Source of the DNA: Utricularia gibba
Lineage: Eukaryota; Plantae; Magnoliophyta
DNA length: 59,886 nucleotides
Direction of reading: 5' to 3'
Assembly: GCA_002189035.1 (NCBI GenBank)
Contig: NEEC01000047.1
Span: 1-59,886 of the forward strand
Within the stretch, counting starts at the first letter, position 1; each line of letters starts with the position of its first letter. The notes under the pieces were generated by a model. That model was given only the letters and a program-made list of their open reading frames with translations. It did no database searches and had not been told where the DNA came from. Made by a program: the position numbers and the translations under genes. Of the stretch, positions 38,301 to 51,841 are shown piece after piece.

Positions 38301-41300
38301 TGAAGGTAACGGCAAAGCTTGCGAGGCCCGTCCAGCAACGGAGAAAAGAAAGGAAGTAGTGCGCATGGATGTGAACGCCTAAAAGAGCGTGGGAGTTTGC
38401 ACTAGAGACCATCAACCCGTTGAATCGTGTCGATGCTTGAGGAAGACGACCACCCATTCATCTTTGTACGTTGCATCGGACCTGGTTGAAAGTGAGGACG
38501 GAAAATTGGCTACACTCGTGAAGGTGCACGAGCAGTATGCTCAATCGGATGATGGTCAAGCCGTTAGCATACGGAAAACACACTCGCGTGTTGCGCACGC
38601 GGCTTTAACGATTGCTTAACCGAGTGATCCCTTCTCTATGTCCATCCACAATCTGGGTAAAAGGCATCCGGAGGTCAGGCATTGGAATGTCGTAAGGTAT
38701 GAAGTATGCATGTTGCAAGGCGTGACCTGCTTGCGAAGCAATACCGATCCATTCCACGTTACCCGCTTCTTTGCAAAGCCTGGAGGGAGAATGGAATTTT
38801 GCATCAGGAGTGGATGCCATGGGGGTCGAATTATAAGGGGAGGTGTGCGTTTGTTCCGTGAGCTATGTGGATTCGAAGCACAAGTGCTGGGTGGTCGAGT
38901 TATGGACTTTGGGTTAGGAGTGGCTACACTCTGGATCCACGATCGATATGTTCTTCGATGCTCTATGACTCATTTCTCATTCAATGATGTCCACTCAATA
39001 GTAGCTTACGTGGCTCGCAACGTATGTTTGATATAGATGACATCCTTTAAACCTGTATGGTCGAAGGTTTTCTCCTCCCAAACGTATAGCGGCATGCCCA
39101 CTTTCGTGTCCAAATATTCAGGAGGTCGGGGTGGTAGCCATCTAACGGCTGGATAGCACATCCACATCGTATGTGCTCCGTAGAATGAATCCGAAAATGT
39201 TAATGTTTCCAACGCACGTTGTTGGAGATCGGGAAAGTACATGGAGTGTCCTTGGCCACATTCTAGTATTCATTGGATGCTGGCTGAGTTTGTTGCACAA
39301 CAAAACACCCTCAAACGAGTAGCGATGGTGCACCATGATCCGCCATGGAGTGAACTCGTGACTCCTCTGCGTAAGTCTCACTTTGTTTCCATGGAAGATC
39401 ATAAGGGAAAGCAATAGGAAAAACTAAGAAGTACTTGGTATCGTTGGTGTTACAACCCTGCATCATTGATCCTGATGTACCCCCTTCGTATCGTTGGACG
39501 ACACATCAGTGGTGAAGTACTTGGCTAGAGTCCATGGGTTGGACTTTACGGTCCTATGGACGTGCGCATCAGTGCTGGTCTAATCTCCACGCATCCTCAT
39601 ATCTTTCAACGGCCGCGATAATAGACCAACGGTCTCCTTGTCCAGTCCATTCGCTAAGGAGTCCAGAACACCTGAAGGTAACGGCAAAGCTTGCGAGGCC
39701 CGTCCAGCAACGGAGAAAAGAAAGGAAGTAGTGCGCATGGATGTGAACGCCTAAAAGAGCGTGGGAGTTTGCACTAGAGACCATCAACCCGTTGAATCGT
39801 GTCGATGCTTGAGGGAAGACGACCACCCATTCATCTTTGTACGTTGCATCGGACCTGGTTGAAAGTGAGGACGGAAAATTGGCTACACTCGTAAAGGTGC
39901 ACGAGCAGTATGCTCAATCGGATGATGGTCAAGCCGTTAGCATACGGAAAACACACTCGCGTGTTGCGCACGCGGCTTTAACGATTGCTTAACCGAGTGA
40001 TCCCTTCTCTATGTCCATCCACAATCTGGGTAAAAGGCATCCGGAGGTCAGGCATTGGAATGTCGTAAGGTATGAAGTATGCATGTTGCAAGGCGTGACC
40101 TGCTTGCGAAGCAATACCGATCCATTCCACGTTACCCGCTTCTTTGCAAAGCCTGGAGGGAGAATGGAATTTTGCATCAGGAGTGGATGCCATGGGGGTC
40201 GAATTATAAGGGGAGGTGTGCGTTTGTTCCGTGAGCTATGTGGATTCGAAGCACAAGTGCTGGGTGGTCGAGTTATGGACTTTGGGTTAGGAGTGGCTAC
40301 ACTCTGGATCCACGATCGATATGTTCTTCGATGCTCTATGACTCATTTCTCATTCAATGATGTCCACTCAATAGTAGCTTACGTGGCTCGCAACGTATGT
40401 TTGATATAGATGACATCCTTTAACCTGTATGGTCGAAGGTTTTCTCCTCCCAAACGTATAGCGGCATGCCCACTTTCGTGTCCAAATATTCAGGAGGTCG
40501 GGGTGGTAGCCATCTAACGGCTGGATAGCACATCCACATCGTATGTGCTCCGTAGAATGAATCCGAAAATGTTAATGTTTCCAACGCACGTTGTTGGAGA
40601 TCGGGAAAGTACATGGAGTGTCCTTGGCCACATTCTAGTATTCATTGGATGCTGGCTGAGTTTGTTGCACAACAAAACACCCTCAAACGAGTAGCGATGG
40701 TGCACCATGATCCGCCATGGAGTGAACTCGTGACTCCTCTGCGTAAGTCTCACTTTGTTTCCATGGAAGATCATAAGGGAAAGCAATAGGAAAAACTAAG
40801 AAGTACTTGGTATCGTTGGTGTTACAACCCTGCATCATTGATCCTGATGTACCCCCTTCGTATCGTTGGACGACACATCAGTGGTGAAGTACTTGGCTAG
40901 AGTCCATGGGTTGGACTTTACGGTCCTATGGACGTGCGCATCAGTGCTGGTCTAATCTCCACGCATCCTCATATCTTTCAACGGCCGCGATAATAGACCA
41001 ACGGTCTCCTTGTCCAGTCCATTCGCTAAGGAGTCCAGAACACCTGAAGGTAACGGCAAAGCTTGCGAGGCCCGTCCAGCAACGGAGAAAAGAAAGGAAG
41101 TAGTGCGCATGGATGTGAACGCCTAAAAGAGCGTGGGAGTTTGCACTAGAGACCATCAACCCGTTGAATCGTGTCGATGCTTGAGGGAAGACGACCACCC
41201 ATTCATCTTTGTACGTTGCATCGGACCTGGTTGAAAGTGAGGACGGAAAATTGGCTACACTCGTAAAGGTGCACGAGCAGTATGCTCAATCGGATGATGG

Positions 41301-44300
41301 TCAAGCCGTTAGCATACGGAAAACACACTCGCGTGTTGCGCACGCGGCTTTAACGATTGCTTAACCGAGTGATCCCTTCTCTATCTCCATCCACAATCTG
41401 GGTAAAAGGCATCCGGAGGTCAGGCATTGGAATGTCGTAAGGTATGAAGTATGCATGTTGCAAGGCGTGACCTGCTTGCGAAGCAATACCGATCCATTCC
41501 ACGTTACCCGCTTCTTTGCAAAGCCTGGAGGGAGAATGGAATTTTGCATCAGGAGTGGATGCCATGGGGTCGAATTATAAGGGGAGGTGTGCGTTTGTTC
41601 CGTGAGCTATGTGGATTCGAAGCACAAGTGCTGGGTGGTCGAGTTATGGACTTTGGGTTAGGAGTGGCTACACTCTGGATCCACGATCGATATGTTCTTC
41701 GATGCTCTATGACTCATTTCTCATTCAATGATGTCCACTCAATAGTAGCTTACGTGGCTCGCAACGTATGTTTGATATAGATGACATCCTTTAACCTGTA
41801 TGGTCGAAGGTTTTCTCCTCCCAAACGTATAGCGGCATGCCCACTTTCGTGTCCAAATATTCAGGAGGTCGGGGTGGTAGCCATCTAACGGCTGGATAGC
41901 ACATCCACATCGTATGTGCTCCGTAGAATGAATCCGAAAATGTTAATGTTTCCAACGCACGTTGTTGGAGATCGGGAAAGTACATGGAGTGTCCTTGGCC
42001 ACATTCTAGTATTCATTGGATGCTGGCTGAGTTTGTTGCACAACAAAACACCCTCAAACGAGTAGCGATGGTGCACCATGATCCGCCATGGAGTGAACTC
42101 GTGACTCCTCTGCGTAAGTCTCACTTTGTTTCCATGGAAGATCATAAGGGAAAGCAATAGGAAAAACTAAGAAGTACTTGGTATCGTTGATGTTACAACC
42201 CTGCATCATTGATCCTGATGTACCCCCTTCGTATCGTTGGACGACACATCAGTGGTGAAGTACTTGGCTAGAGTCCATGGGTTGGACTTTACGGTCCTAT
42301 GGACGTGCGCATCAGTGCTGGTCTAATCTCCACGCATCCTCATATCTTTCAACGGCCGCGATAATAGACCAACGGTCTCCTTGTCCAGTCCATTCGCTAA
42401 GGAGTCCAGAACACCTGAAGGTAACGGCAAAGCTTGCGAGGCCCGTCCAGCAACGGAGAAAAGAAAGGAAGTAGTGCGCATGGATGTGAACGCCTAAAAG
42501 AGCGTGGGAGTTTGCACTAGAGACCATCAACCCGTTGAATCGTGTCGATGCTTGAGGGAAGACGACCACCCATTCATCTTTGTACGTTGCATCGGACCTG
42601 GTTGAAAGTGAGGACGGAAAATTGGCTACACTCGTAAAGGTGCACGAGCAGTATGCTCAATCGGATGATGGTCAAGCCGTTAGCATACGGAAAACACACT
42701 CGCGTGTTGCGCACGCGGCTTTAACGATTGCTTAACCAGTGATCCCTTCTCTATGTCCATCCACAATCTGGGTAAAAGGCATCCGGAGGTCAGGCATTGG
42801 AATGTCGTAAGGTATGAAGTATGCATGTTGCAAGGCGTGACCTGCTTGCGAAGCAATACCGATCCATTCCACGTTACCCGCTTCTTTGCAAAGCCTGGAG
42901 GGAGAATGGAATTTTGCATCAGGAGTGGATGCCATGGGGGTCGAATTATAAGGGGAGGTGTGCGTTTGTTCCGTGAGCTATGTGGATTCGAAGCACAAGT
43001 GCTGGGTGGTCGAGTTATGGACTTTGGGTTAGGAGTGGCTACACTCTGGATCCACGATCGATATGTTCTTCGATGCTCTATGACTCATTTCTCATTCAAT
43101 GATGTCCACTCAATAGTAGCTTACGTGGCTCGCAACGTATGTTTGATATAGATGACATCCTTTAACCTGTATGGTCGAAGGTTTTCTCCTCCCAAACGTA
43201 TAGCGGCATGCCCACTTTCGTGTCCAAATATTCAGGAGGTCGGGGTGGTAGCCATCTAACGGCTGGATAGCACATCCACATCGTATGTGCTCCGTAGAAT
43301 GAATCCGAAAATGTTAATGTTTCCAACGCACGTTGTTGGAGATCGGGAAAGTACATGGAGTGTCCTTGGCCACATTCTAGTATTCATTGGATGCTGGCTG
43401 AGTTTGTTGCACAACAAAACACCCTCAAACGAGTAGCGATGGTGCACCATGATCCGCCATGGAGTGAACTCGTGACTCCTCTGCGTAAGTCTCACTTTGT
43501 TTCCATGGAAGATCATAAGGGAAAGCAATAGGAAAAACTAAGAAGTACTTGGTATCGTTGATGTTACAACCCTGCATCATTGATCCTGATGTACCCCCTT
43601 CGTATCGTTGGACGACACATCAGTGGTGAAGTACTTGGCTAGAGTCCATGGGTTGGACTTTACGGTCCTATGGACGTGCGCATCAGTGCTGGTCTAATCT
43701 CCACGCATCCTCATATCTTTCAACGGCCGCGATAATAGACCAACGGTCTCCTTGTCCAGTCCATTCGCTAAGGAGTCCAGAACACCTGAAGGTAACGGCA
43801 AAGCTTGCGAGGCCCGTCCAGCAACGGAGAAAAGAAAGGAAGTAGTGCGCATGGATGTGAACGCCTAAAAGAGCGTGGGAGTTTGCACTAGAGACCATCA
43901 ACCCGTTGAATCGTGTCGATGCTTGAGGGAAGACGACCACCCATTCATCTTTGTACGTTGCATCGGACCTGGTTGAAAGTGAGGACGGAAAATTGGCTAC
44001 ACTCGTAAAGGTGCACGAGCAGTATGCTCAATCGGATGATGGTCAAGCCGTTAGCATACGGAAAACACACTCGCGTGTTGCGCACGCGGCTTTAACGATT
44101 GCTTAACCGAGTGATCCCTTCTCTATCTCCATCCACAATCTGGGTAAAAGGCATCCGGAGGTCAGGCATTGGAATGTCGTAAGGTATGAAGTATGCATGT
44201 TGCAAGGCGTGACCTGCTTGCGAAGCAATACCGATCCATTCCACGTTACCCGCTTCTTTGCAAAGCCTGGAGGGAGAATGGAATTTTGCATCAGGAGTGG

Positions 44301-46109
44301 ATGCCATGGGGGTCGAATTATAAGGGGAGGTGTGCGTTTGTTCCGTGAGCTATGTGGATTCGAAGCACAAGTGCTGGGTGGTCGAGTTATGGACTTTGGG
44401 TTAGGAGTGGCTACACTCTGGATCCACGATCGATATGTTCTTCGATGCTCTATGACTCATTTCTCATTCAATGATGTCCACTCAATAGTAGCTTACGTGG
44501 CTCGCAACGTATGTTTGATATAGATGACATCCTTTAACCTGTATGGTCGAAGGTTTTCTCCTCCCAAACGTATAGCGGCATGCCCACTTTCGTGTCCAAA
44601 TATTCAGGAGGTCGGGGTGGTAGCCATCTAACGGCTGGATAGCACATCCACATCGTATGTGCTCCGTAGAATGAATCCGAAAATGTTAATGTTTCCAACG
44701 CACGTTGTTGGAGATCGGGAAAGTACATGGAGTGTCCTTGGCCACATTCTAGTATTCATTGGATGCTGGCTGAGTTTGTTGCACAACAAAACACCCTCAA
44801 ACGAGTAGCGATGGTGCACCATGATCCGCCATGGAGTGAACTCGTGACTCCTCTGCGTAAGTCTCACTTTGTTTCCATGGAAGATCATAAGGGAAAGCAA
44901 TAGGAAAAACTAAGAAGTACTTGGTATCGTTGATGTTACAACCCTGCATCATTGATCCTGATGTACCCCCTTCGTATCGTTGGACGACACATCAGTGGTG
45001 AAGTACTTGGCTAGAGTCCATGGGTTGGACTTTACGGTCCTATGGACGTGCGCATCAGTGCTGGTCTAATCTCCACGCATCCTCATATCTTTCAACGGCC
45101 GCGATAATAGACCAACGGTCTCCTTGTCCAGTCCATTCGCTAAGGAGTCCAGAACACCTGAAGGTAACGGCAAAGCTTGCGAGGCCCGTCCAGCAACGGA
45201 GAAAAGAAAGGAAGTAGTGCGCATGGATGTGAACGCCTAAAAGAGCGTGGGAGTTTGCACTAGAGACCATCAACCCGTTGAATCGTGTCGATGCTTGAGG
45301 GAAGACGACCACCCATTCATCTTTGTACGTTGCATCGGACCTGGTTGAAAGTGAGGACGGAAAATTGGCTACACTCGTGAAGGTGCACGAGCAGTATGCT
45401 CAATCGGATGATGGTCAAGCCGTTAGCATACGGAAAACACACTCGCGTGTTGCGCACGCGGCTTTAACGATTGCTTAACCGAGTGATCCCTTCTCTATGT
45501 CCATCCACAATCTGGGTAAAAGGCATCCGGAGGTCAGGCATTGGAATGTCGTAAGGTATGAAGTATGCATGTTGCAAGGCGTGACCTGCTTGCGAAGCAA
45601 TACCGATCCATTCCACGTTACCCGCTTCTTTGCAAAGCCTGGAGGGAGAATGGAATTTTGCATCAGGAGTGGATGCCATGGGGGTCGAATTATAAGGGGA
45701 GGTGTGCGTTTGTTCCGTGAGCTATGTGGATTCGAAGCACAAGTGCTGGGTGGTCGAGTTATGGACTTTGGGTTAGGAGTGGCTACACTCTGGATCCACG
45801 ATCGATATGTTCTTCGATGCTCTATGACTCATTTCTCATTCAATGATGTCCACTCAATAGTAGCTTACGTGGCTCGCAACGTATGTTTGATATAGATGAC
45901 ATCCTTTAACCTGTATGGTCGAAGGTTTTCTCCTCCCAAACGTATAGCGGCATGCCCACTTTCGTGTCCAAATATTCAGGAGGTCGGGGTGGTAGCCATC
46001 TAACGGCTGGATAGCACATCCACATCGTATGTGCTCCGTAGAATGAATCCGAAAATGTTAATGTTTCCAACGCACGTTGTTGGAGATCGGGAAAGTACAT
46101 GGAGTGTCC

Positions 46110-46225
46110 TTGGCCACATTCTAGTATTCATTGGATGCTGGCTGAGTTTGTTGCACAACAAAACACCTTGGCCACATTCTAGTATTCATTGGATGCTGGC
46201 TGAGTTTGTTGCACAACAAAACACC
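46110..46225 (+). repeat. Clean 58-bp tandem duplication inside unit 34
   Basis: TTGGCCACATTCTAG...CACAACAAAACACC occurs at 46110-46167 and 46168-46225. Unit length is 1430, i.e. 1372+58. Confidence 0.95.
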
Positions 46226-49200
46226 CTCAAACGAGTAGCGATGGTGCACCATGATCCGCCATGGAGTGAACTCGTGACTCCTCTGCGTAAGTCTCACTTT
46301 GTTTCCATGGAAGATCATAAGGGAAAGCAATAGGAAAAACTAAGAAGTACTTGGTATCGTTGATGTTACAACCCTGCATCATTGATCCTGATGTACCCCC
46401 TTCGTATCGTTGGACGACACATCAGTGGTGAAGTACTTGGCTAGAGTCCATGGGTTGGACTTTACGGTCCTATGGACGTGCGCATCAGTGCTGGTCTAAT
46501 CTCCACGCATCCTCATATCTTTCAACGGCCGCGATAATAGACCAACGGTCTCCTTGTCCAGTCCATTCGCTAAGGAGTCCAGAACACCTGAAGGTAACGG
46601 CAAAGCTTGCGAGGCCCGTCCAGCAACGGAGAAAAGAAAGGAAGTAGTGCGCATGGATGTGAACGCCTAAAAGAGCGTGGGAGTTTGCACTAGAGACCAT
46701 CAACCCGTTGAATCGTGTCGATGCTTGAGGAAGACGACCACCCATTCATCTTTGTACGTTGCATCGGACCTGGTTGAAAGTGAGGACGGAAAATTGGCTA
46801 CACTCGTAAAGGTGCACGAGCAGTATGCTCAATCGGATGATGGTCAAGCCGTTAGCATACGGAAAACACACTCGCGTGTTGCGCACGCGGCTTTAACGAT
46901 TGCTTAACCGAGTGATCCCTTCTCTATGTCCATCCACAATCTGGGTAAAAGGCATCCGGAGGTCAGGCATTGGAATGTCGTAAGGTATGAAGTATGCATG
47001 TTGCAAGGCGTGACCTGCTTGCGAAGCAATACCGATCCATTCCACGTTACCCGCTTCTTTGCAAAGCCTGGAGGGAGAATGGAATTTTGCATCAGGAGTG
47101 GATGCCATGGGGGTCGAATTATAAGGGGAGTGTGCGTTTGTTCCGTGAGCTATGTGGATTCGAAGCACAAGTGCTGGGTGGTCGAGTTATGGACTTTGGG
47201 TTAGGAGTGGCTACACTCTGGATCCACGATCGATATGTTCTTCGATGCTCTATGACTCATTTCTCATTCAATGATGTCCACTCAATAGTAGCTTACGTGG
47301 CTCGCAACGTATGTTTGATATAGATGACATCCTTTAACCTGTATGGTCGAAGGTTTTCTCCTCCCAAACGTATAGCGGCATGCCCACTTTCGTGTCCAAA
47401 TATTCAGGAGGTCGGGGTGGTAGCCATCTAACGGCTGGATAGCACATCCACATCGTATGTGCTCCGTAGAATGAATCCGAAAATGTTAATGTTTCCAACG
47501 CACGTTGTTGGAGATCGGGAAAGTACATGGAGTGTCCTTGGCCACATTCTAGTATTCATTGGATGCTGGCTGAGTTTGTTGCACAACAAAACACCCTCAA
47601 ACGAGTAGCGATGGTGCACCATGATCCGCCATGGAGTGAACTCGTGACTCCTCTGCGTAAGTCTCACTTTGTTTCCATGGAAGATCATAAGGGAAAGCAA
47701 TAGGAAAAACTAAGAAGTACTTGGTATCGTTGTGTTACAACCCTGCATCATTGATCCTGATGTACCCCCTTCGTATCGTTGGACGACACATCAGTGGTGA
47801 AGTACTTGGCTAGAGTCCATGGGTTGGACTTTACGGTCCTATGGACGTGCGCATCAGTGCTGGTCTAATCTCCACGCATCCTCATATCTTTCAACGGCCG
47901 CGATAATAGACCAACGGTCTCCTTGTCCAGTCCATTCGCTAAGGAGTCCAGAACACCTGAAGGTAACGGCAAAGCTTGCGAGGCCCGTCCAGCAACGGAG
48001 AAAAGAAAGGAAGTAGTGCGCATGGATGTGAACGCCTAAAAGAGCGTGGGAGTTTGCACTAGAGACCATCAACCCGTTGAATCGTGTCGATGCTTGAGGG
48101 AAGACGACCACCCATTCATCTTTGTACGTTGCATCGGACCTGGTTGAAAGTGAGGACGGAAAATTGGCTACACTCGTAAGGTGCACGAGCAGTATGCTCA
48201 ATCGGATGATGGTCAAGCCGTTAGCATACGGAAAACACACTCGCGTGTTGCGCACGCGGCTTTAACGATTGCTTAACCGAGTGATCCCTTCTCTATGTCC
48301 ATCCACAATCTGGGTAAAAGGCATCCGGAGGTCAGGCATTGGAATGTCGTAAGGTATGAAGTATGCATGTTGCAAGGCGTGACCTGCTTGCGAAGCAATA
48401 CCGATCCATTCCACGTTACCCGCTTCTTTGCAAAGCCTGGAGGGAGAATGGAATTTTGCATCAGGAGTGGATGCCATGGGGGTCGAATTATAAGGGGAGT
48501 GTGCGTTTGTTCCGTGAGCTATGTGGATTCGAAGCACAAGTGCTGGGTGGTCGAGTTATGGACTTTGGGTTAGGAGTGGCTACACTCTGGATCCACGATC
48601 GATATGTTCTTCGATGCTCTATGACTCATTTCTCATTCAATGATGTCCACTCAATAGTAGCTTACGTGGCTCGCAACGTATGTTTGATATAGATGACATC
48701 CTTTAACCTGTATGGTCGAAGGTTTTCTCCTCCCAAACGTATAGCGGCATGCCCACTTTCGTGTCCAAATATTCAGGAGGTCGGGGTGGTAGCCATCTAA
48801 CGGCTGGATAGCACATCCACATCGTATGTGCTCCGTAGAATGAATCCGAAAATGTTAATGTTTCCAACGCACGTTGTTGGAGATCGGGAAAGTACATGGA
48901 GTGTCCTTGGCCACATTCTAGTATTCATTGGATGCTGGCTGAGTTTGTTGCACAACAAAACACCCTCAAACGAGTAGCGATGGTGCACCATGATCCGCCA
49001 TGGAGTGAACTCGTGACTCCTCTGCGTAAGTCTCACTTTGTTTCCATGGAAGATCATAAGGGAAAGCAATAGGAAAAACTAAGAAGTACTTGGTATCGTT
49101 GTGTTACAACCCTGCATCATTGATCCTGATGTACCCCCTTCGTATCGTTGGACGACACATCAGTGGTGAAGTACTTGGTTAGAGTCCATGGGTTGGACTT

Positions 49201-51841
49201 TACGGTCCTATGGACGTGCGCATCAGTGCTGGTCTAATCTCCACGCATCCTCATATCTTTCAACGGCCGCGATAATAGACCAACGGTCTCCTTGTCCAGT
49301 CCATTCGCTAAGGAGTCCAGAACACCTGAAGGTAACGGTAAAGCTTGCGAGGCCCGTCCAGCAACGGAGAAAAGAAAGGAAGTAGTGCGCATGGATGTGA
49401 ACGCCTAAAAGAGCGTGGGAGTTTGCACTAGAGACCATCAACCCGTTGAATCGTGTCGATGCTTGAGGGAAGACGACCACCCATTCATCTTTGTACGTTG
49501 CATCGGACCTGGTTGAAAGTGAGGACGGAAAATTGGCTACACTCGTAAAGGTGCACGAGCAGTATGCTGAATCGGATGATGGTCAAGCCGTTAGCATACG
49601 GAAACACACTCGCGTGTTGCGCACGCGGCTTTAACGATTGCTTAACCAAGTGATCCCTTCTCTATCTCCATCCACAATCTGGGTAAAAGGCATCCGGAGG
49701 TCAGGCATTGGAATGTCGTAAGGTATGAAGTATGCATGTTGCAAGGCGTGACCTGCTTGCGAAGCAATACCGATCCATTCCACGTTACCCGCTTCTTTGC
49801 AAAGCCTGGAGGGAGAATGGAATTTTGCATCAGGAGTGGATGCCATGGGGGTCGAATTATAAGGGGAGGTGTGCGTTTGTTCCGTGAGCTATGTGGATTC
49901 GAAGCACAAGTGCTGGGTGGTCGAGTTATGGACTTTGGGTTAGGAGTGGCTACACTCTGGATCCACGATCGATATGTTCTTCGATGCTCTATGACTCATT
50001 TCTCATTCAATGATGTCCACTCAATAGTAGCTTACGTGGCTCGCAACGTATGTTTGATATAGATGACATCCTTTAACCTGTATGGTCGAAGGTTTTCTCC
50101 TCCCAAACGTATAGCGGCATGCCCACTTTCGTGTCCAAATATTCAGGAGGTCGGGGTGGTAGCCATCTAACGGCTGGATAGCACATCCACATCGTATGTG
50201 CTCCGTAGAATGAATCCGAAAATGTTAATGTTTCCAACGCACGTTGTTGGAGATCGGGAAAGTACATGGAGTGTCCTTGGCCACATTCTAGTATTCATTG
50301 GATGCTGGCTGAGTTTGTTGCACAACAAAACACCCTCAAACGAGTAGCGATGGTGCACCATGATCCGCCATGGAGTGAACTCGTGACTCCTCTGCGTAAG
50401 TCTCACTTTGTTTCCATGGAAGATCATAAGGGAAAGCAATAGGAAAAACTAAGAAGTACTTGGTATCGTTGATGTTACAACCCTGCATCATTGATCCTGA
50501 TGTACCCCCTTCGTATCGTTGGACGACACATCAGTGGTGAAGTACTTGGCTAGAGTCCATGGGTTGGACTTTACGGTCCTATGGACGTGCGCATCAGTGC
50601 TGGTCTAATCTCCACGCATCCTCATATCTTTCAACGGCCGCGATAATAGACCAACGGTCTCCTTGTCCAGTCCATTCGCTAAGGAGTCCAGAACACCTGA
50701 AGGTAACGGCAAAGCTTGCGAGGCCCGTCCAGCAACGGAGAAAAGAAAGGAAGTAGTGCGCATGGATGTGAACGCCTAAAAGAGCGTGGGAGTTTGCACT
50801 AGAGACCATCAACCCGTTGAATCGTGTCGATGCTTGAGGAAGACGACCACCCATTCATCTTTGTACGTTGCATCGGACCTGGTTGAAAGTGAGGACGGAA
50901 AATTGGCTACACTCGTAAAGGTGCACGAGCAGTATGCTCAATCGGATGATGGTCAAGCCGTTAGCATACGGAAAACACACTCGCGTGTTGCGCACGCGGC
51001 TTTAACGATTGCTTAACCGAGTGATCCCTTCTCTATCTCCATCCACAATCTGGGTAAAAGGCATCCGGAGGTCAGGCATTGGAATGTCGTAAGGTATGAA
51101 GTATGCATGTTGCAAGGCGTGACCTGCTTGCGAAGCAATACCGATCCATTCCACGTTACCCGCTTCTTTGCAAAGCCTGGAGGGAGAATGGAATTTTGCA
51201 TCAGGAGTGGATGCCATGGGGGTCGAATTATAAGGGGAGTGTGCGTTTGTTCCGTGAGCTATGTGGATTCGAAGCACAAGTGCTGGGTGGTCGAGTTATG
51301 GACTTTGGGTTAGGAGTGGCTACACTCTGGATCCACGATCGATATGTTCTTCGATGCTCTATGACTCATTTCTCATTCAATGATGTCCACTCAATAGTAG
51401 CTTACGTGGCTCGCAACGTATGTTTGATATAGATGACATCCTTTAACCTGTATGGTCGAAGGTTTTCTCCTCCCAAACGTATAGCGGCATGCCCACTTTC
51501 GTGTCCAAATATTCAGGAGGTCGGGGTGGTAGCCATCTAACGGCTGGATAGCACATCCACATCGTATGTGCTCCGTAGAATGAATCCGAAAATGTTAATG
51601 TTTCCAACGCACGTTGTTGGAGATCGGGAAAGTACATGGAGTGTCCTTGGCCACATTCTAGTATTCATTGGATGCTGGCTGAGTTTGTTGCACAACAAAA
51701 CACCCTCAAACGAGTAGCGATGGTGCACCATGATCCGCCATGGAGTGAACTCGTGACTCCTCTGCGTAAGTCTCACTTTGTTTCCATGGAAGATCATAAG
51801 GGAAAGCAATAGGAAAAACTAAGAAGTACTTGGTATCGTTG

